Assembly (NCBI RefSeq): GCF_006345805.1
Contig: NC_042999.1
Span: 100,192,001-100,256,000 of the forward strand
Direction of reading: 5' to 3'
DNA from: Octopus sinensis
Taxonomy: Eukaryota
Length of the DNA: 64,000 nucleotides
The notes beneath the pieces are model-generated. The model saw nothing but the letters and a program-made list of their open reading frames with translations, did no database searches and was not told the DNA's origin. Numbering within the stretch: the stretch's first letter is position 1; every line of letters starts with the position of its first letter. A program made the translations under genes and the position numbers. Of this stretch, positions 55,934 to 64,000 are shown in pieces.

Positions 55934-55965
<32 letters not shown>

Positions 55966-56263
55966 AGTCGACCATGGTATGATATATCGTAAGCTGAGTA
56001 ATCTCATTGACAAAAAGCGTGGGGAGTGGGGAGTGGACTTTTTAAAAGGTAGCAGTCAGGTAGTTTTGTTTTATTCAGTTTGTATTCACATTTTAGGGGT
56101 ACCTTACTTTCAGGGTATTTTCCCATTATGCGCCAATCACAGACTTAGCATTATATAGTTAGCGAAATGGAATTTTTGATACAACTGGTACGTTGCAATC
56201 AATTATAGCAATTGTACTTTGAAAGAGAAATTCAATTCTAACCGTATATTATAGTTGTTGTTG

Positions 56264-56478
56264 AAGGTGGCGAGCTAGCAGAATCGTTAGCACTTCTTGC
56301 AAAATTCTTAGCGGCATTTCATCTGTCTTTATATTTTGAGCTCAAATTCCGCCGATTTCCATTTTTGCCTTTCATCCTTTCAGGGTCGATAAAATAAGTA
56401 ACAGTTGAACAATTTATTTAGTGTGATCGACTTATCCTTCCTCGAAATTGCTGGCATTGTGCCAAAATTTGAAACCAG
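56264..56478 (+). mobile_element. SINE family B
   Basis: GGCGAGCTAGCAGAATCGTTAGCAC...GCCTTTCATCCTTTCAGGGTCGATAAAATAAGTA. Confidence 0.85.
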
Positions 56479-57941
56479 TATTGTTGCTTTGTTTTTTGCC
56501 TCTTTTTTGTGTAACACAAGCATACATGTAACTAATTATGCGGAACATTTTTCTCTCATATCCTTATAGTTTCAACAATTCGCTGCCCTTCGCAGTAATG
56601 ACAATGAAAATACCTCAGAATAGACGTCTTAAGGTTCTTAAATGTATTGTCCATATTTGACTTCTATATTTAACTAACACTTCTTTGAAATCTCTTGTCC
56701 ATTGTCAAAGCCTTTTCCAGCTGGAATTATTTGTAAATATTTTTAGAGAACTGTGTGAATGTACAGCGATCTATTCGGCAGTTTAAGAAAGAGTGCCGAA
56801 CAACGCTAGTCTAATAAAGATGCGATTATTCTATATTGCATGTATGTGAAGTGTAAAGAATTTTGCTAATAAGAGGAGCAAAGAAGTTTAATAAGATGAA
56901 CAACGAAGGTTATTAAAATATATTTTTGCTTCATTAGGGAAATAATTGATGGTAAATTGTACATTTAAAGGGATATTATGAAATGATTCATTCAATTATC
57001 GATAATAAAAATTGCGTGACTGAAGAATACCCCAATAACCAATGCTCATATCGATTATGTTTGTTTACAACAAGCATGAAATTCATATTATTGGGAATAG
57101 GACACGGGTAGATTCATCATAAAACGTAAAGTGAATATTTAAGTAGTAACATTTCGAACATGCATAAAATAACCAAGTAAGATTTGTTCTTAAAATAAAA
57201 CGCTAGGATCTGAAAATAATAATGGCGATTTCGTCGTTTGGAATTGGTTATTCGAAAAGAAACTTATCCGAAAGAGAATTCAAAGTTTTCAGACATAATC
57301 TTTCATTAAAGGAGTGGTCTTCTTTGAGGGAAGTGGGGATGTCCGACCGGACAGAATCTTTCATCAAAGGAGTGCCCGACGAATTATTATAGGTTTCAAA
57401 CTCCGGTTTGCAAAAAAAGCAATTGTATTTCTCTTAAGATATAAGCTAAATAAGCTGCGTTTTAGAGGAGATTTGCAGTTTGAAGTTCATTCGTTACAGT
57501 TCGTTATAGTTTTATTGTTTTGTTATGATTTACATTTAAGTAATATGCAAACATAAATATTTTTCAGTTGTTTACGCTTAAGATTATATCCTGTTTTTAG
57601 AAATATGCTGGAATATTGAAGTTCGGATTTATAATGTTTTATTAATGACCACGTACTTCCGAAATACTCTATTGTTTTTGTTTTTTATTTTCTTTCTTGA
57701 TTCGTTTACCTAAACTATAGTAATTGAAATCTTTGATGTAGGTGTAAGGATAATAACATTCTCTGCCGTTGGGGAGTGGTCAAAGAACTCGATTAATTCA
57801 ACATGTATTTTAACCATCATGTTTGTTAGTTAAGATACATTATATTATAGATAATCTATACGAATATTATAGATCCTCATGATTGTTTTTGTTATTTGCA
57901 CTAATCTTTTTATATTATATCCTCAGAAATCATTGCACGTT

Positions 57942-57972
<31 letters not shown>

Positions 57973-58221
57973 TGTGTGTGTGTGTGTGTGTTGTGTGTGT
58001 GTGTGTGTGTGTGCGTGCGCGCGCGTGTATGTTTGTACATGTGTCTGAGTGTAATATACAGTATACCAATTATATATGCTGTATATATACAGATGCAATA
58101 CACACATACACACATGTATGGCTTAGCTACGTGTGTATATATATCCATATGCACACACGCGGATACATAAACGTATATCTATAAACATGTATGTATGTAT
58201 GTATCTTTTATCTTTTGTCTT

Positions 58222-58440
58222 ACTTATTACTTGTTTATATCATTTGACTGTGACCATACTGGGGCACCGCCTTATAAGTTTAGTTGAATGTATCGAACCC
58301 AATACTTTTTTTAAAGCCTGGTACTTACTCTGTCACTCTCTTTTGCCGAATACCTAAGATACGGGAGTGTAAACACACCAGCACCGGTTGGTAGGCAGTG
58401 GTAGGGGTACAAACATGGACACAAAGACAATATATATATA
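58222..58440 (-). mobile_element. SINE family A, 3' half, cut at its internal (TA)n by the Helitron
   Basis: CATTTGACTGTGACCATACTGGGGCACCGCC...GCCTGGTACTTACTC...CACCAGCACCGGTTG. Confidence 0.8.
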
Positions 58441-58535
58441 CTAGCAGTTAAGCCCGGTTTCACCCGGTCTCTTTGGATGATGTGGGTGTTATCGTTTCGG
58501 CTAGGCATAATCTATAACAGCGTATCTCAACCTTA

Positions 58536-59196
58536 TCATTTTATCGATCTCATCTGGAAAACCGCTAGATTATTTTATCGATCTGGTTTGGCGAACCGTT
58601 AAGTTATTTTACCGATACCGTTTGGCGTACCGCTAAGTTGTTTTATCAATCTCGTTTGCCGAATCGGTAAGTCATTTTATCGATCTCGTTTGGTGAACAG
58701 CTAATGTTATTTTATCGGTGTCGTTTGGCAAACCACTAATATATTCTATCGATCTCGTTTGGCGAACCGCTAGTTCATTTTATCGATATCCTTTGGCGAA
58801 CCGCTAGGTTATTTTATCGAACACGTTTGGCAAACTGCTAGATCATTTTATCGATTTCGTCTGGCTAAACGCCAAGTTACTTTATCAATCTCGTTTGGCG
58901 AACCGCTCAGTTATTTTATCAATCTCGTTTGGCGAACCGTAAGTTAATTAATCGATCTCGTCTGGCGAACCGCTAAGTCATTTTGTCGTTATCATTTGGC
59001 GAACCGCTCAGTCATTTTATCGATATCGTTTGGCGAACCGCTAAGTCATTTTATTGATCTCTTTTGGTGAACCGCTAAGTTTTCTATCGATATCGTTTGG
59101 CGAACCACTAAGTTATTTTATCGATCTTGTTTGGCGAACCGCTAGGTCATGTTATCGATCTCGTTTGGCGAACCACTAAGTCATTTTATCGATCTC
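58536..59196. repeat. 34-bp minisatellite, ~19.5 copies, consensus TTATTTTATCGATCTCGTTTGGCGAACCGCTAAG
   Basis: Units delimited by hand: 19 of 33-35 bp plus a 16-bp partial, head to tail, with no spacers. Confidence 0.95.
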
Positions 59197-59625
59197 CTAG
59201 CTGTATGAAAATTTCTCCCCCACCTACCTGTCAGGAAACATCTTTAGGAGTTGTGAAGAAAGAATTTGTACGTAGTCTTTTTCTGAGAGCAATCGTATTG
59301 GATCTTTGTCTAATCATTAACACATTTATTTAACTATGAACATATAGAGAAATTATACATTAATCCCTATTTTTGTATGCAGTTGTACCCGTAAAAACTT
59401 TATTTGCTGGGAGCAGAAATTGAAAGGAGGTATGTGAAATGGACGTGTGTGTGTGTGTGTGCTTGCGCGTGTGTGTGAGAGAGAGAAAGGGGGTGAGAAA
59501 GAGAGGTAGAGTGAGTGAGTGCAGGTCTGTGTCATTGAGTTACGTTGGCTGGTACGGCGACTACGAAGCTTTTGAGGCGGCAGATGATAGGGGTGATTTG
59601 AAAGATGAAAAGAAATGCCGTCTTT

Positions 59626-59895
59626 TCAGTGGAGCGCCTCTTTGTAGGCAACGTTTCTCGCTTTCCTTTCTGATGCACTAATGTATAGACTTTGTGGGCT
59701 TCCAACACGGGAGCATTCAACGTAAAGTTGACCGTGGGAGAACACTTGCTCTGTGAGATTTAAACCAACCATTTCCAATGATTGGCCTTGTGCCTTATTT
59801 ATTGTCATTGCAAAGGAGAGTTTGATAGGAAATTGAAGCCGCTTAAACATGTAGAGCGTATCAGATGCTAAAGATTTCAGAGAAAAAATTATCAC
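59626..59895 (-). CDS. Helitron RepHel Pif1-like helicase C-terminal fragment
   Basis: FKRLQFPIKLSFAMTINKAQGQSL...VFSHGQLYVECSRV...RNVAYKEAL*. Confidence 0.9.
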   Translation of the reverse strand: MIIFSLKSLASDTLYMFKRLQFPIKLSFAMTINKAQGQSLEMVGLNLTEQVFSHGQLYVECSRVGSPQSLYISASERKARNVAYKEALH

Positions 59896-59919
59896 GTTCC
59901 TTAAAGAAAAGAAAATAAG

Positions 59920-61125
59920 TTGCTAACATGTTTTTCCACAAGGAAGAAGCTGCCAGACATAATTCCTATAAGACTACGAATGAGTGATAAAGCAGTTGCA
60001 ACGAAATGTGAATGCGATATATCTCGATTTTGCGAAAGCCTTCGTGATCTCAGTATCGTCGAAAAACTAGGAGAGTGCCTGCACGACTTTGTAAAACATA
60101 GGAATCAGACAATATATCCAATGGAGTGGGGGGGGCATCTCACAGGAAAAAAATGATAGTGAGTGGATTCCGACTTGGCTGTTTATAGCGCCTCGCTCAG
60201 ACACGCCTTTAGCTATACAGACAGTTATACTCACTAGATATGCAGACGATACCAAAATATCACTGGTTACACTGAAAGCTGGAGATGCTGGGCAGCTACA
60301 ACATAATATATATATATATAAGTCTGCCGAAGAAAATAATACGTAATTTATTGCTGAAAAGTCCTATGCTCCCCGCTATCAGCACACAAAGTTAAAGGCA
60401 ATACACAGAAAATACACTGGATCAGTAAAGTTTGCAGTCCCAGAATCACATTCAATACGTGACTTGAACATTAACATGAGTACTCATGTATCTATTCATA
60501 TGCATATTGTTATGACGGCGATGAAATGTTGACATCTAGACATAGGAATTTTAAGAAATTTCAGAACAAGAGCGTAGGAAACCACGATGATCCCTGGAGT
60601 AGCTTTGTCCTCAACTGTCTAGATTATTGCTCCAAATGAAGGTTACCCCATATTGTAAAATTAATGGCGAAACTTGAAGCAATCCAAACTGCAACAAACA
60701 AAATGTTACCTCAATGCAACTGATCGACTCATGTAAAAGGCTGAGAAGTTAAAACACCTTAGGACAGAGTCAGGAAAGATATGCTGTAATATACGTGTGA
60801 AAAATCCTGGAAGAAGTTGCACAATTTGGCATTGAAAGTTATGTTAACCTCTGCACAAGGTGTCCCCTTATAGTGCAAAAATGTCATCCTCGCTACTCAG
60901 ATTTAGGATCAGTCATTGAAATAGTATGGGATTCAAAGGATCCACCGGCTTGTTAATAGCCTACTAAAATACTTAAAAGACCTACATAGTGTGACAGCAG
61001 ATGTGTTCAAAACGCAAACGAGCCTACTTCACAGCATGGAACGCAATTAAACTGAAGCAACACCAATAGCGGTTCGGTGGCATGACCACAGCTACCGGAC
61101 TGAAGCAAACAGAAGAAAACAAAAA
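59920..61125 (+). mobile_element. Decayed CR1-group LINE 3' fragment, related to 39931-42655
   Basis: YLDFAKA, YADDTKI and LDYCS in broken frames; ends with GCATGACCACAGCTACCGGACTGAAGCAAAC, homologous to the CR1/SINE-A tail. Confidence 0.8.
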
Positions 61126-61143
61126 TAAAGATTATGTATGCAT

Positions 61144-61179
<36 letters not shown>

Positions 61180-61203
61180 GATATATATATATTATATATA
61201 TAT

Positions 61204-61239
<36 letters not shown>

Positions 61240-61350
61240 CATATAATATATATATACATATATATAATATATATATGTACACATACATACATATATGCAC
61301 GCACGCACACACATACATACACACACATACACACACAAACACACACACAC

Positions 61351-61386
<36 letters not shown>

Positions 61387-61890
61387 GTATTACGTATGTA
61401 TATATGTATATATGCAGAGAAGTGTATTCCCCCGAAAGTACTCGTGTGTGCGCGTGTGTGTGTGGCGTGTAGAGTGTGCATGTATGACTGTATGCATATT
61501 ATGCATGTATGCATGTATTCCTGTATGCAAATATGTATGTGGAAGTAAGCATTTATGTATAAAAATTTTTGATTTACATCAGACTGATTTAAATAGCCAA
61601 TTATATATTTATTCCCCGATAACAACACACGAATCCAAAATTATAATTGCCTTAAAGATTCAATATCCGTGAATTGTATACAACTGAGCACATTTCCATT
61701 CCCAGACTTATAAGATCAAATAAATGCGAGCGCACGCGTGCGTGTGTGTCAGTGCGTCCATGCACGCGAATGTGTCTCTGTGAGCATGTGCATGTGTGTG
61801 GTTAAATATATACCAGCGAGTGTGTGTTTAAATATATACCAGCGAGTATGTCTGCATACGCATATAATATGCATGTCTCCGTGTATGTCT

Positions 61891-62164
61891 ATACACATAA
61901 TTTTCTTGTCTATACGCGTGCACGTGTACACACACACACACACACATGCAAATGTATGCATACATATGTGTGTATACGCATATACATAAATATTTGTATG
62001 TACGAATGTATATAGATACAGAATGTATAAAGATACACAATTTTCTTGTCTATACGCGTGCACGTGTACACACACACATGCAAATGTACGCATACATATG
62101 TGTGTATACGCATATACATAGATATCTGTATGTGCGAATGTATGTAGATACAGAATGTATATAG
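61891..62164. repeat. ~140-bp tandem duplication of low-complexity DNA
   Basis: AATTTTCTTGTCTATACGCGTGCACGTGTAC...GATACAGAATGTATA occurs at 61891-62030 and 62033-62164. Confidence 0.85.
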
Positions 62165-62340
62165 ATAGCTATACGTATTGGATGGGATGCAGACATGTAT
62201 ATACGTCAGTTTATAGATACGCATATGTGTGAGTGTGTGTGTGCGCGTGTGTGTGTACATATATATACATTTATATATCTGTATATATGTATATATATGT
62301 GTGTATATATGTATATGTATATATGTATATATACATACAT

Positions 62341-62373
<33 letters not shown>

Positions 62374-62484
62374 AATATGTGTGTATTCTTTTACATGTTT
62401 CTGCTTAAGTACATATATAAACATTATATATAGATATATATATATACACACACACACATATTTATATACCTATATATTTATATA

Positions 62485-62523
<39 letters not shown>

Positions 62524-63145
62524 GTATATGTATATATACATGTATTTATCTATGTATCTATGTATGCATGTATATATACATAAACAGAGAGGGTGAAAGT
62601 GAAAGAGAAGAGTGGGAACGTGAATGAGTGAGTGAATAAGTTACTACTGGAGTGAGAGAGTGAGATAGTGAGTGGCGCATCCGTCAGTGATAAAAATCGA
62701 CAGGATAAGTAATTTATGATGCAGAGAATATTGAGGATGTCAATTAGTATATTTTCCTCTTCCACATAACTAGTTTCATAATATGAAACAAATTAAACTG
62801 GAGCAATTAAAATCTTCAATCCTTTCGACTTTATTTGGATTCCTTCTTTTTTAGAGTCCTAGTCGTGTGTATTTCCGTACACTAATGCTATATATATATA
62901 TATATTATATTTATATGTATATATAATATATATATATAGATATTATATATATATATTTGTATATATATATAATATATATAATATATATATATTTATATAT
63001 ATAGATATATATATTATATATATATATATTATATATATATATTTATATATTTATATACATGTGTGTATATATATATATATACACACATTTATATACAACT
63101 ATGAGTATGTGTATGTATACCCACATCTATATCTATATCTATATC

Positions 63146-63184
<39 letters not shown>

Positions 63185-63574
63185 ACAGCGATAGAGAGAG
63201 AGATATATACAAATAGTTATATACATACATGCATACATACAAACAGAGAGAGGGGGAGGGAGATATATATAAATAGATACATACATACATGCATACATCT
63301 ATATACGTATATATTCATATATAATGCGTGTGTATATGTGTATACGTGTGTGAGTGTATGACGTCTATGTTGTCCGAAACCTCAAAACCACTGTCAACAC
63401 TAGTCTAGTAGGAGAATAATAAATATCTGCTTGAAAAAAACTGAGTGTAATCCTTATCAGCCTAATCTAAATTTTTTTATGTTATAACACGATATAAAAC
63501 AAACATGCGTGTGTGTGTTAGAGGCTGGTGTTACTCATATATATATATATATATATACAAGCACACACACAAAC

Positions 63575-63619
<45 letters not shown>

Positions 63620-63620
<1 letters not shown>

Positions 63621-64000
63621 AAGCGCAATGGCCTCGCGGTCTGAGGATTGCGTTTTCGATTCCGGCATTGTGAATGTTTATTGAGCAAAAACACCTAAAG
63701 CTCCGCGAGGCTCCGGCAGGGGCGGGTGGTGAACCCTGCTGTATTCTTTCACCACAACTTTCTCTCACTCTTTCTTCCTATTTCTGTTGTACCTGTATTT
63801 CAAAGGGCCAGCCTTGTCACATTCTGTGTCACGCTGAATCTCCTCGAGAACTACGTTAAGGGTACACGTGTCTGTGGAGTGCTCAGCCACTTGCACGTTA
63901 ATAAATGAGCTGCGACGTCACTGGTGCCCTTTTCCCTTGGATAACATCGGTGGCGTGGAAAGGGGAGGCTGGTATGCGTGGGTGGCTGCTGGTCTTCCAT
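63620..64000 (+). mobile_element. Probable tRNA-derived SINE-like repeat (runs off the window)
   Basis: GTGGAAGCGCAATGGCC head similar to family C and TTTTCGATTCCGG B-box-like, directly after (GT)n. Confidence 0.5.

Larger units (their letters stand above)
55213..57447. repeat. Long inverted repeats (~160-190 bp) enclosing ~1.9 kb
   Basis: 55213-55400 vs the reverse complement of 57284-57447 are nearly identical, apart from a ~23-bp insertion in the left arm. Confidence 0.85.
58441..59905 (-). mobile_element. Helitron 3' portion: Pif1-type helicase C-terminus, 3' region with tandem array, hairpin plus CTAG terminus
   Basis: Minus-strand end ...GACCGGGTGAAACCGGGCTTAACTGCTAG|T; helicase ORF at 59626-59895. 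Confidence 0.85.

Noticed and set aside
58536-59196. CRISPR-like appearance of the 34-bp array
   Set aside because: Units are head to tail with no unique spacers, no cas genes are present, and the context is eukaryotic and inside a Helitron.

Overview
AT-rich eukaryotic non-coding DNA, saturated with microsatellites and decayed transposons. The repeat families look like those of an octopus (coleoid cephalopod) genome; this is recognition from memory, not a search result. I found no confidently supported host gene. Nearly all ORFs in the track are microsatellite artefacts, and the rest are transposon fragments: Penelope-like elements (PLEs), CR1, RTE and R4/Dong-type LINEs, mariner and DD37D (maT) transposases, a Helitron helicase, a hAT MITE and three tRNA-derived SINE families. 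Four signals stand out. (1) Minimal type I hammerhead ribozyme motifs sit at PLE ends and in short solo elements. They include a variant with the C3-G8 core pair swapped to G3-C8 inside a ~260-bp fold-back, and a subfamily sharing U at core position 6. (2) A Helitron 3' region carries a 34-bp x ~19.5 minisatellite whose unit matches a segment of the commonest local SINE. (3) That SINE shares its 3' hairpin tail, with compensatory changes, with a CR1 LINE in the same window. (4) A mariner derivative is built from two diverged 5' ends. All alignments and folds were done by eye.
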